DNA of 64,000 nt from Macrostomum hystrix (taxonomy: Eukaryota > Animalia > Platyhelminthes). The notes under the pieces are model-generated. The model ran no database searches, was not told where the DNA came from, and saw nothing but the letters and a program-made list of their open reading frames with translations. The number at the start of each line of letters is the position of its first letter. Within the stretch, counting starts at the first letter, position 1. Below are positions 24,081-36,153 of this stretch, one piece after another. The stretch lies in assembly GCA_950097015.1 (NCBI GenBank), contig CATNEN010000001.1:2480001-2544000 (forward strand), read 5' to 3'. A program made the position numbers and the translations under genes.

Positions 24081-25882
24081 CTAGAGATCAAGCCGATCGC
24101 TGTGATACGGCAGGACGTCCTTGCACTCGTTGAGGTGCTTGCCTTGGCTGTTTCTTTCAAATACATTCAGCACTTCAATTGGTGGCAGGTGCGAAATGAA
24201 AAACATCCTCAGGTGCATGCAGACATCCATCGGGCCTTCCAGCATGACGAAATGATCATTGAACTGTGGACGAACACCCAGGCGCGCCATCAGGATGCCG
24301 ACGTACACATCGTCGACGTTGATAGGCTCGAGTTTGACCATTTCGTCGGCTAATCGGGGTATGAGATCCCAGCTGATAAGATAGGCCGGATTCTTGTTAT
24401 AGTCAGGATAAGCCGAGTAGGGATAAACTGTGTCGGACACGTAGCCGGCTCGCTGGGGATTCCTGTCTGGCACGTCGCCGTGTACCGTGTGACCAACGTA
24501 GAGCCCGGTCTGCTTGCCGGCGGGAAATTTGGCGGCCAGCCAGTGTACAAATGCGGGCATGTTCACGAAGGTGTCGTCTGTGACCTGGGTTATCATTGTT
24601 AGGAAGATATAATTGATGCGAACGTTTCAGGGCCAACATGTTAGAATCAGGAATCTAGCATCAATTCTCATTTATATGAGAACGATAACATACAATGGCT
24701 GATGTATCGATTATCAAACTAGTCAGTGCTTCTTCCATGAAAAGTAGATTCCATATATTATTAGTTGCATGAAATTATGGACACCTCGACCAGCAACCAG
24801 TGAAGAGGCATGCCTAATCAATAGAGCTCCTGATGCGCACATCTGCCCTGATTTTCTCATCATCAGGCAGTAAATTCTCTCACTGTACCTTGGGCGTTGA
24901 ACCTCATGGACGTAAATTGTACGGCAAGCCCTGTAGCCCTGAAGCGCAGAGGATTTGAGCACCGGGATGTTGGAGAAAGAGTCGGGCACGTCACAGCTCC
25001 GCCACTCACCTCTGAAAGTACAACCCTGTTTAAGTACTCGAAACCAACCTTAAGAAGAAATTTCGGCTGGCAGCGTTTCCACAGCGCGTCCTCGCTCAGC
25101 TCCATCAGCGCACCCATCGTCTTCCTCTGGCCTGAATGAGGCGTGTCCAAGAAGCGAAACTGTAGGATGTCACCGTACTCTTTGGCCTCCTCTTCGATCT
25201 CTCGCTGCAGGTTGGTGCCCCGACCGCTGCCGGTAGTGAAGAGTACCCGCCAAAGATGCGGCCTCGAGTTGATGAATTTGGTGTGCGATTTTGAAGGCGA
25301 GTACCAGGTCTCACGGATGGCGTTCCGGTAGGCGATCTCAGCCGCTCGAGTGTGCACCAGCACCAGGAAGAGAGGCTCTTTGCCAGCCTGGCAGGTCTTA
25401 AAATCCGGTCTAAGCAGGATGTCGGGCTTCTCTAGTCGACGAGGCCGCGGCAGAGACAACAGCTGAGCTAGGCTGACCCGATCGTGTCGATGACCTCCTG
25501 TGCCTTCGTAGTCTTTGATCTCCAGACCCAGCTGACGGCGGTTAATTTCCGCTTGAATTTTTCTGAGCAGCTCCTGCACGCCGACTGTCCGACCCTCTTT
25601 GGCTTCGATCTGGTGGCGCGCTTTGGCCACAATATCTGACAGCTTAGTGTCGTCTTGCTTGACATGAATGGCAGGTTTTGGCGGCTGTGGCGGCTGCAGA
25701 TTGTCGCGATGCAATGAATTTTGCGGTGGTGGAGCATCGCCGGGCGACCGCAGGATGCGGTACAGGGCTGCTACGGCTAGTAGGGCAGCTACCGCGTAGG
25801 CGACTGGCAAACCGAAGCGTTTAGCCCGGAAGCTGCGGTAGGCTCTGTAGGACGAGGATGAGGACGAAGATAATGAAGGCAT
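24081..25882 (-). CDS. GT31 family beta-1,3-galactosyl/GlcNAc-transferase; exons 25882-25049, 24584-24081
   Basis: Type II membrane anchor, RNAIRETW, EEEAKEYGDILQFRFLD, KFLLK|VTDDTFVN, YP...YPDY...AYLIS, VDDVYVGI. Confidence 0.9.
24830..25010 (-). mobile_element. Diverged SINE family A copy in the GT31 intron
   Basis: acatctgccctgattttctcatcatcaggcagt...ccactcacc matches family A in reverse. Confidence 0.55.
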
Positions 25883-26449
25883 GCTCAACTGCTGTTTTTC
25901 ATGGGGTGGAACAATGTGAGTCGGACGATGGGTTGGTTTCGTTGAGCGGACGAAAGAATGAGCTCGCAAGGCTTGGCCAAAATGAGTTAAGAGACGAAGT
26001 CAACTTTCATTGGAGCTTGCTGTCTCGCTGGCCTGAACACGTGGACAGTCCAACAGGTGCAGTATGTGCCTTCCATGTCTCGTAGAAAGGAACGGAGACT
26101 CAATAGAGTAAGCTCGCAAGACCTTCTCGGCTTTCAAATTGGAAATGGTCGGGGGGGAAGGTTGAAGCGACCAGATGTTGGTATATTGACTTTTTCTAGT
26201 TTTCTATATTGGAAGACTTTCTACACTTTAATTCGTTGGAGCAAAGACAACTTATTGTATAAAATTACCCCAGAGTAAATATTTTTGTCCACCTATTACA
26301 TGTCTATTCAGCATGATTTTTGAATACGAGTAGTTGCTGTTGTTAACGCAGTCTGGCCACACCCATCTCTATCCGTTAAAGCCACATGCGTGTACTTTTT
26401 TGTCCATTTAGTCAATTCTATTTAAAGACATTTATCTTCCTTGTCTAAC

Positions 26450-26810
26450 GGGGGTGATTAGCAAAGCGGTCTGACGAGTTCGCTCCTCGCACCAAGGTCC
26501 CTGAGCTCGATTCCGCGGAAAAGACACTCTTTTGGGGCGCAGCCGCGCAGAGAAGGCTTGGGGCATGTTGTAAAAGTTACGCTCTTGAAAGACAACTTCC
26601 AAGTCACAGTGAGTGTACACTGCCTGATGATTAAAAAATCAGGACAGATGTACACACCTGTGTGAGTAGTGTGTACCGCGAACAGTATTTGCGTGTTTGT
26701 GTGCTCAGGAGTCAGCGAAATGGGCAGAATCGCTGGCTGCGGGTCTAGTGTCACCAAATGATGTGCCATTGCCCATAGCCCTGCTGAAAATATCATTACT
26801 ATGACCACTA
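26450..26810 (+). mobile_element. SINE family A copy
   Basis: Same head and body as the copy at 31295 (ggtccctgagctcgattccgcgg ... gtgctcaggagtcagcgaaatgggcag ... gtcaccaaatgatgtgcc). Confidence 0.75.
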
Positions 26811-26924
26811 TTGATACACATATTTTTTATTACATAGAGTGTATAGAGTGGTTCTACTCTACTGCGTAGAGTGGTTCAGTCCATGGACTGGGGGGACGCC
26901 AAACCCACCTTCAATTATCCCAGA

Positions 26925-27770
26925 CCTCTACAACCTCTACTAGGCTGCAACCTCTACTAGGCTCCAACCTCTACTAGGCTCCAACCTCTACTAGGCTACA
27001 ACCTCTACTAGGCAGCAACCTCTACTAGGCTACAACCTCTACTAGGCTACAACCTCTACTTGGCAGCAACCTCTACTAGGCTCCAACCTCTACTAGGCTA
27101 CAACCTCTACTAGGCAGCAACCTCTACTAGGCTACAACCTCTACTAGGCTACAACCTCTACTAGGCAGCAACCTCTACTAGGCTACAACCTCTACTAGGC
27201 TACAACCTCTACTAGGCTACAACCTCTACTAGGCTACAACCTCTACTAGGCTACAACCTCTACTAGGCTACAACCTCTACTAGGCTACAACCTCTACTAG
27301 GCAGCAACCTCTACTAGGCTCCAACCTCTACTAGGCTACAACCTCTACTAGGCTACAACCTCTACTAGGCTACAACCTCTACTAGGCTACAACCTCTACT
27401 AGGCTACAACCTCTACTAGGCTACAACCTCTACTAGGCAGCAACCTCTACTAGGCTAAAACCTCTACTAGGCTACAAACTCTACTAGGCTACAACCTCTA
27501 CTAGGCAGCAACCTCTACTAGGCTTCAACCTCTACTAGGCTACAACCTCTACTAGGCTACAAACTCTACTAGGCTACAACCTCTACTAGGCAGCAACCTC
27601 TACTAGGCTTCAACCTCTACTAGGCTACAACCTCTACTAGGCTACAACCTCTACTAGGCTGCAACCTCTACTAGGCTACAACCTCTACTAGGCTACAACC
27701 TCTACTAGGCTACAACCTCTACTAGGCTACAACCTCTACTAGGCTGCAACCTCTACTAGGCTACAACCTA
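26925..27770. repeat. 17-bp minisatellite
   Basis: Unit caacctctactaggcta. Confidence 0.95.
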
Positions 27771-28730
27771 CAATCATTACTATGCTTGTCGAACAGAGAA
27801 GTTAATTGTACTGCTGATATTCTGCATGACTCCATTTCTAAATAATACCTTAGGTAGCTTCTGCATTTGTTTAGCTCGTGCTGTGTAGTGCATACTGAGC
27901 TGGAATGAGAATGGAATGAGTGGGAATGAGAAAAGCATCACCCCGAAAGCCTTATTTTTCGTAGTGCATTTTTGTCGTTCAATGCCTTGCAGTTGGCGAG
28001 GGGGAGGCGATCATGTGCTGCGAGTGCGATAGAATTACAAAATTTTCTGCTGAAGTCAGAGACGGTAGCATTGTATGTGGAGCCAGTGTTTTGTTACACC
28101 AAGCTTCATGCAAGGAAACGTTGTTGGCTACAGTTTAAAACTTGATCCGTTCGCCTACGTATGAGTACTTCTCGGGTGTAGCGATACCTTTTTGTTAAAA
28201 GTAGAAGAATAGAAAAGGACTTACAACAGTTGAATGCTCTAAGAGACGTATCTAAGCCGAAGACTTTTAGTCAACGAATATTCTTCTATGAGCAGGGCTG
28301 GGTGAGGGGCCTTCTTAAACTTCGATTTTTCCACCCAGCCACTTGAACTAAAATGTGACAGATTGGGTACAGTTGCTGCTTCAGTTGCGGCTTGCCAAAC
28401 CTGCGCACTCTGATTACACAGTTTAGGAGCCACGGAACCGCGCAAGTGCACTCCAGGTCCAAATGCGGCCGCTTCTCAAAATCTCCTAAATTTGAGTGAA
28501 GGGATATCAGAGAGTCCGGATCACAGAAGGCTGTCAGGCCACAGCTCTGCACTGTTCATTTTTGTCGCATTCCCAAAACTTCGCAGCGTGGGGTTGGTTG
28601 GGCGTTCCGTAGCAGCTGCAACCGGATATGAGCGGCACAATTTACTAAATATCTAGAGCAGAAGCAACCGAAAAAGCAACAGCGACTGATCAAACTGACG
28701 AAGGATCGAGACTCGTAGGAAGCCTCAGAA

Positions 28731-30683
28731 ATGGACACATCGAAGGTGTCCTACGCCGAGGTGACAAAGACTTACCTGCAGAGCTCGTCGATTCGCGGCT
28801 TCCCAAGGATAATCAAGGCGCAGAATGTCATCTTCAAGCTGCTGTGGACAGTCACCTTAGCAGTCCTGCTGGGAATTGCTGTCTGGCAGGTGTCAGACAT
28901 ATTCATCATATTTTTCAAATACGGAGTGCAGCTTCAGTACAGCTCGTCCCTAGATCCCAACGGCCCGTTCCCATCTGTGACGCTGTGCAACCAGCAGCCG
29001 TTTGCGGCAGAGGCATCCGTGAACGGCTACGTAGCCAATAAAAGCTTCAGCGACTTTCTTGAAAAAGTCAACTCATTGGAGCTGTCTCTGGGTCAGCCGC
29101 TGGACTCCATGAAGAAGATAGAGGTGTTCTATCAGAACTCGCAGGTCCTGCAAATTGACGCCATAGCGCACGAAAGCATGCGCTTGATCAAAGACTGCCA
29201 ATTCGAGTTTGAGCAGGACGGCCGCCTACAGACCCAGCGCTGCTCGGACCGAAGCATTCAAAAGTATCCGCACCCGAGGTACCTGCGCTGCTACACGGTT
29301 AGAATTGACCAGCTTCTCGGCGCTGCCAGGCTTCGCAGCCTCCGGCTGGTTCTGTTTCTGGACAACTTCAACTATCCTTTATTCACCCGCGCACTGCTAG
29401 ACAATGATCCCGACTCGGCTAGACAGGGCGTCCGGGTGAGCGTTCATCAGAACGGCAGCCTGCCACAGCTCGACGCCAGCTACATCGATGTGCCACCAGG
29501 AACGTCGGCGACGCTGCACGTAAGCACGGTGAAGCGTCGCCAGCTTCCGACGCCGCACGGAGACTGCAAGATGGAGGCTGTGCCACCCATTGACGCCAGC
29601 AGTCCACTGGAGGACACTCTGTCGTACACCTACACGCCGCACGCCTGCAGACGCATCTGTCTTCAGCAGCTCCTTATAAAGCAGTGCGGTTGTCTCGATC
29701 CCAGTCTGCCAGTCCCGCGTGGCGTCATCGTCGACGATGGCGCTATCGAAATGGTGACGCTGCCCGTTTCAAAACGAGACGTTCCCGGCCCGCCAGACGG
29801 TATTGTCTACACGCAGAACTTCCTGCCGAACGGAGAGGTTCAAATAAAACGCGAAGCTCGAGAGGCTCCCGGCATGGGACCGGCTGCGGCAACAACCAAA
29901 GCAGCCGCAGGTACATCAACTACAACAGCGCCGCTGCTGATATCGGCAGACGGACCGATGGTGCCCTACTGCAAGAAATGGCCTCAAAAGAGCGGCAATG
30001 ACTCAGTTGCTAATCGGATCTATCAGTCACGAATGGCCTGCTGGCAGAACCAACTGGTGAAACAGAGCAGCATCAAGTACTGCATGCTGGGTGCCAGGAA
30101 TCTCACCTGCGACGTGCCCTGCAACACCACCGAGCACTCGGTGACCATCTCTTACGCCGCTTGGCCTCGCGAATCACTTCACCTGGCTGTGTTTGACAAA
30201 TACATCTCCACCGATGTCAGGCAGAAGTACTTTGCTGAGTTCCCCGGCCTGCTAGACATGGCAGTTAATCAAAGATACACGGAGGTGTACACAGCTCTGG
30301 CGGCCAATAGAAAGATCAAAGACAACTTCATTGAGATCCAGATTGTCAAGCCATCCTGGAATGTCACCGAGATAGTTGAGACACCGGCATTTCCTGTGAG
30401 CCGTCTGCTCAGCTCAATCGGCGGAGCGATGAACCTCTGGTCCGGCATCACAATAATCGCCTTGCTGGAATTCATCGAGCTGCTGGCCATTCTGCTCGGC
30501 ACTTTCTTGAACAACAACTGCGGCGGAGACGGAAACGGTGGAAGCGTCACTCCTAAGAGGAAGAGCATCAGCACCAGCAAGGAGAAGCTCGCATCGTCCA
30601 CGTCAGAGACGACGTCCGAGAAGCTTAGGGCAGATGAAGGCAAACCGGTTGACACCTACGGATCCCTGTTCACGTGGTCCTAG
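28731..30683 (+). CDS. DEG/ENaC (amiloride-sensitive, FaNaC-like) channel subunit, intronless
   Basis: TM1, FPSVTLCN, Cys-rich extracellular loop (YT..AC...C.Q...IKQCGC, C..PC), TM2 LLSSIGGAMNLWSGITIIALLEFIEL. Confidence 0.93.
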   Translation: MDTSKVSYAEVTKTYLQSSSIRGFPRIIKAQNVIFKLLWTVTLAVLLGIAVWQVSDIFIIFFKYGVQLQYSSSLDPNGPFPSVTLCNQQPFAAEASVNGYVANKSFSDFLEKVNSLELSLGQPLDSMKKIEVFYQNSQVLQIDAIAHESMRLIKDCQFEFEQDGRLQTQRCSDRSIQKYPHPRYLRCYTVRIDQLLGAARLRSLRLVLFLDNFNYPLFTRALLDNDPDSARQGVRVSVHQNGSLPQLDASYIDVPPGTSATLHVSTVKRRQLPTPHGDCKMEAVPPIDASSPLEDTLSYTYTPHACRRICLQQLLIKQCGCLDPSLPVPRGVIVDDGAIEMVTLPVSKRDVPGPPDGIVYTQNFLPNGEVQIKREAREAPGMGPAAATTKAAAGTSTTTAPLLISADGPMVPYCKKWPQKSGNDSVANRIYQSRMACWQNQLVKQSSIKYCMLGARNLTCDVPCNTTEHSVTISYAAWPRESLHLAVFDKYISTDVRQKYFAEFPGLLDMAVNQRYTEVYTALAANRKIKDNFIEIQIVKPSWNVTEIVETPAFPVSRLLSSIGGAMNLWSGITIIALLEFIELLAILLGTFLNNNCGGDGNGGSVTPKRKSISTSKEKLASSTSETTSEKLRADEGKPVDTYGSLFTWS

Positions 30684-31294
30684 TTGTGCTCATATTATAG
30701 TCATATACATTAAAGTGGGGTGTGGATTCTCCGTATAGAATTTAACTTTGACTGTGCTAGTTTTACTCAAGTGATTATTTACGATTCCTAAAATACAAGA
30801 ATGCTCCATAACTGAACCTGGTAAAAGTTTGCATTGTTGAGACCGTCCATTTTTTTTTATTCAGAAACCTAAAATCGAAATGCCTGTTTCGACAACGCTT
30901 GGCCAATATTTCATTAGACCCGGCCAATAGGGCGAAGAGATCTTTTAAAAACATTAGTTCTTCCTTGAAGACTTTTCAAACGCTACAATTTCCTGACTTG
31001 ACAAAGATTAAAGAAACGCGTTGGCCTATAATCCCACTGCTTCTGGACCACAGTCCTCCTGTAAGATTATCGAATTGCAGGTTTCTAAGTCTCTTAAATT
31101 TTTCTAATTTCAAAGCCTTCGAAGATTAGTGCTGCAGACAAGAGGCCAAACTTTAATAATTGGAAAATAGAATTTTTGCCAGCAAAGTCTCACCTCTACC
31201 ATTACTAGATGTACACGGATAAATTTTATTTGTTTATCTGGGCCCACAAAGTCGGATCGGATGCATACCTGCCCTGCATCCAACACATCAACTA

Positions 31295-31660
31295 GGGGGG
31301 TGAGTCGCAGAGCGGTTAACGCGTTTGCACCTCGCACCAAGGTCCCTGAGCTCGATTCCGCGCCGAGGCCACTTTCATTTGGGGCGCAGCCGCGGAGAGA
31401 AGGCTTGGGGGCTTGTCGAGCAATTTACGCCCTTGTGGGCCAACCCCCAAGGCGCAGAGAAGTGTACACTGCCTGACGATTAGAAAGTCAGGGCAGATGT
31501 ACACACCTTTGTGAGCGTGAGTACGGTATCTGTGTGCGTGTGTGCTCAGGAGTCAGCGAAATAGGCAGAATTGCCTCCTCGCTGACTGCTGGTCTAGTGT
31601 CACCAAATGATGTGCCATTGCCCGCAGCCATCCTGCAATTATTATTACCAGTGTTATTAC
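31295..31660 (+). mobile_element. tRNA-derived SINE family A, near full-length copy
   Basis: Head GGGGGTGAGTCGCAGAGCGG...GAGCTCGATTCC (A/B-box-like), conserved body, (ATT)n tail. Shared with several other copies in the window. Confidence 0.75.
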
Positions 31661-32581
31661 TACATCCTGTCTGATCTTTACCGTGTTCAATATTTAATCC
31701 GTCGCATTTCACTGGAATCTCATCTTTGTCACTTCCTGTCATCTCACACGCGTCTTATCTCTCCCGAATATAAAATTGTAAGTTTTAATTAAATTAAATT
31801 AAAATCTGGTTAAATCTCTTGGACTAACCTAATTGGTCTGCAAGCAATTAGGACATGTTTTAAAGTTTTAAAGATAAATTATATTAGGTTTTGACAATAG
31901 TGCGAAATAAAATGGCAATTCACTCGAAAAGGTGCATTTAGATACAGGATGTGTGAAGCACATATTACAAAAGTAACTTACCTATATGCCTAAGGAAATC
32001 TATTTGAATCTAGAAATCAATTAAAATGCAAGAAAATTCTTTGCAATAGCAAAGAGAACGAATTATTTGACCCAGCGCAATTGCCATAAGAATCGATTTT
32101 TAAAAATGCTAAGGTACATTTTCTAAGAAATCATAATTTCTTGCTGAGCACGTTGAAGCCATTGTAGATCATACATTAGCTTGATTGATATTCCATGGTG
32201 CTTTAATGTTGCTCAACCAGTCGGAAGTGCGGTCACACCCTAGCACAGCAAACGGACTAGCGAAGGTCAATTTACCCAGAGGCGCATTTCAAAGTGTGTC
32301 ACAACCGCAAGCCAGGCTAGCTTCTTCTCTGTCAAGAAAAATTTAATCACTAACGATGCCTCACTCATCATATCAGACTTGCATGCGATAAAAAATTAAA
32401 TAACCAAGACAGACCTGTTCCAAAGCAACATTCACCTCTCCTAAATAATCTAGATGCGACATGGCTATATTTTAATTACTACAGAACCGAACCACTTGTC
32501 CTTCAGGACAAATTTTATACCAGGCCAACTGTACGGCTCCAATCTTTGCAAAGACTTATGCTTAGCTCAAATTGCACTAGG

Positions 32582-33776
32582 TCAAATATCAGGTGTGGAC
32601 TCAAATATCAGGTGTGGACTCAAATATCAGGTGTGGACTCAAATATCAGGTGTGGACTCAAATATCAGGCTGTTTTTTTAATTGACTCAAACATCAGGAG
32701 GTGAGGACTCAAATATCAGGTGTGGACTCAAATATCAGGTGTGGATTTAAATATCAGGTGTGGACTCAAATATCAGGTGTGGACTTAAATATCAGGTGTG
32801 GACTCAAATATCAGGTGTGGACTCAAATATCAGGTGTGGACTCAAATATCAGGTGTGGACTCAAATATCAGGTGTGGACTCAAATATCAGGCTGTTTTCT
32901 TTAATTGACTCAAACATCAGGAGGTGAGGACTCAAATATCAGGTGTGGACTCAAATATCAGGTGTGGACTCAAATATCAGGTGTGGACTCAAATATCAGG
33001 CTGTTTTCTTTAATTGACTCAAACATCAGGAGGTGAGGACTCAAATATCAGGTGTGGACTCAAATATCAGGTGTGGATTTAAATATCAGGTGTGGACTCA
33101 AATATCAGGTGTGGACTTAAATATCAGGTGTGGACTCAAATATCAGGTGTGGGCTCAAATATCAGGTGTGGACTCAAATATCAGGTGTGGATTCAAATAT
33201 CAGGTGTGGATTCAAATATCAGGTGTGGATTCAAATATCAGGTGGTGTGGATTCAAATATCAGGTGTGGATTCAAATTTCAGGTGTGGACTCAAATATCA
33301 GGTGTGGACTCAAATATCAGGTGTGGACTCAAATATCAGGTGTGGATTCAAATATCAGGTGTGGATTCAAATATCAGGTGGTGTGGATTCAAATATCAGG
33401 TGGTGTGGATTCAAATATCAGGTGTGGATTCAAATATCAGGTGTGGATTCAAATATCAGGTGTGGATTCAAATATCAGGTGGTGTGGATTCAAATATCAG
33501 GTGTGGACTCAAATATCAGGTGGTGTGGATTCAAATATCAGGTGTGGATTCAAATATCAGGTGTGGATTCAAATATCAGGTGTGGACTCAAATATCAGGT
33601 GGTGTGGATTCAAATATCAGGTGTGGATTCAAATATCAGGTGGTGTGGACTCAAATATCAGGTGGTGTGGATTCAAATATCAGGTGTGGATTCAAATATC
33701 AGGTGGTGTGGATTCAAATATCAGGTGTGGATTCAAATATCAGGTGGTGTGGACTCAAATATCAGGTGGTGTGGAC
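32582..33776. repeat. 19/22-bp minisatellite
   Basis: Unit tcaaatatcaggtgtggac, with +ggt variants. Confidence 0.95.
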
Positions 33777-34049
33777 GACAAGAAAAACTCAGTTTTAGTT
33801 TGTACTCGTAGCTTAGCATGTCAAACATTTACGAGAACATTTTAAGAATAAGGATAAATAGGTTCCGGTACATTAGAAGTATATTTCACTGTGAAATAGG
33901 CATTGCGCGCAAAGAAAAGACTAGATAAAAGGAATGCAACGCTTTAATAGAAGACAATGAAACAATAACAACAATTCCGTCAGAAAAACAGCAATTTTTT
34001 TTCATATGGACTTCTGGTGTAAGATAATTAAAACCAAAAACACCAAAGA

Positions 34050-34490
34050 GACGAGGGTAGAGAGAGGGTAGAGAGAGGGTAGAAAGACGGCAGAGAGAGG
34101 GTAGAGAGAGGGTAGAGAGAGAGTAGAGAGAGGGTAGAGACAGGGTAGAGAGAGGGTAGAGAGAGGGTAGAGAGAGAGTAGAGAGAGGGTAGAGAGAGAG
34201 TAGAGAGAGGGTAGAGACAGGGTAGAGAGAGGGTAGAGAGAGTAGAGAGAGGGTAGAGACAGGGTAGAGAGAGGGTAGAGAGAGGGTAGAGAGAGGGTAG
34301 AGAGAGGGTAGAGAGAGTGTAGAGAGAGGGTAGAAAGAGGGTAGAGAGAGGGTAGAGAGAGGGTAGAGAGAGGGTAGAGAGAGGGTAGAGAGAGAGTAGA
34401 GAGAGGGTAGAGAGAGGGTAGAGAGAGGGTAGAGAGAGGGTAGAGAGAGGGTAGAGAGAGGGTAGAGAGAGGGTAGAGAGAGTGTGAGAG
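34050..34490. repeat. 11-bp purine-rich repeat
   Basis: Unit gagagagggta. Confidence 0.93.
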
Positions 34491-35127
34491 ATACGGTGTG
34501 GATTGGAAGGAAGTGAAATGTAATCAATGAAATATCATTGCAACTTTACAGTTTTAAGCGCGCAATGAAATGTTTATTAATGCCAGCAAATATTATGCAA
34601 CAAGGAAATGAAAAGATCAAAAAACAATAAAACTATGAAAGTTTACTTTTCAATTACTCGATATCGTTGCATCCATGTGCACTTGATTGATAATTTGATT
34701 GTCAGTGCAATGTCAGTTCTTGCTTCTGCAGCGAAATATTAAAGTACTTATAACATTTTCAATGAGTAACCAATGGCTGTCAACAGAATAGCTGCATTAT
34801 TTTCCTCCTAACTACGCTCTTTGTAAAATGACTTTAGTAGAAATGTTAAGCCCCTGGGATGGCGGAACCTGCATTCACAATACGCTTTTTATTTCTATTT
34901 AAATCTACAGCCAAATTTTAGCAAACGACTTACAGAGGTCTGATAGACGATCTAGACAATAGCATAGGATAATTCTTTCTAAAACAAAATTTTCCTTTAA
35001 ATTCTTTAAGCTTTGTTTCTTTTGGTTACTTATCTGTCACAGATAAACATTTCAATCAAAGCCCTGTAGCGAACTCTCATTTTCCATAATCACATACCGG
35101 TCATAAACCCACTTTTAAACATTTGAT

Positions 35128-36140
35128 AGGTCATTATGCCACTCTAAATCATGGAATCAGTCATTATGCCACTCTAAATCATGGAATCAGTCATAATGCC
35201 ACTCTAAATCATGGAATCAGTCATTATGCCACTCTAAATCATGGAATCGGTCATTATGCCACTCTAAATCATGGAATCGGTCATTATGCCACTCTAAATC
35301 ATGGAATCAGTCATTATGCCACTCTAAATCATGGAATCGGTCATTATGCCACTCTAAATCATGGAATCGGTCATTATGCCACTCTAAATCATGGAATCGG
35401 TCATTATGCCACTCTAAATCATGGAATCGGTCATTATGCCACTCTAAATCATGGAATCGGTCATTATGCCACTCTAAATCATGGAATCAGTCATTATGCC
35501 ACTCTAAATCATGGAATCAGTCATAATGCCACTCTAAATCATGGAATCAGTCATAATGCCACTCTAAATCATGGAATCGGTCATTATGCCACTCTAAATC
35601 ATGGAATCGGTCATTATGCCACTCTAAATCATGGAATCGGTCATTATGCCACTCTAAATCATGGAATCAGTCATTATGCCACTCTAAATCATGGAATCAG
35701 TCATTATGCCACTCTAAATCATGGAATCAGTCATTATGCCACTCTAAATCATAGAATCAGTCATAATGCCACTCTAAATCATGGAATCAGTCATTATGCC
35801 ACTCTAAATCATGGAATCGGTCATTATGCCACTCTAAATCATGGAATCGGTCATTATGCCACTCTAAATCATGGAATCAGTCATTATGCCACTCTAAATC
35901 ATGGAATCAGTCATTATGCCACTCTAAATCATGGAATCAGTCATTATGCCACTCTAAATCATGGAATCGGTCATTATGCCACTCTAAATCATGGAATCAG
36001 TCATTATGCCACTCTAAATCATGGAATCAGTCATTATGCCACTCTAAATCATGGAATCAGTCATTATGCCACTCTAAATCATGGAATCGGTCATTATGCC
36101 ACTCTAAATCATGGAATCGGTCATTATGCCACTCTAAATC
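35128..36140. repeat. 30-bp minisatellite abutting the MFSD3 stop codon
   Basis: Unit tcattatgccactctaaatcatggaatc(a/g)g. Confidence 0.97.
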
Positions 36141-36153
36141 CTGAAAGTAGATT

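Noticed and set aside
26620-26730. Hammerhead ribozyme in SINE A (CTGATGA...GAAA)
   Set aside because: CTGATGA is not conserved among copies (GACGAT in others), no convincing stems II/III, and the bases pair in a simple hairpin instead.
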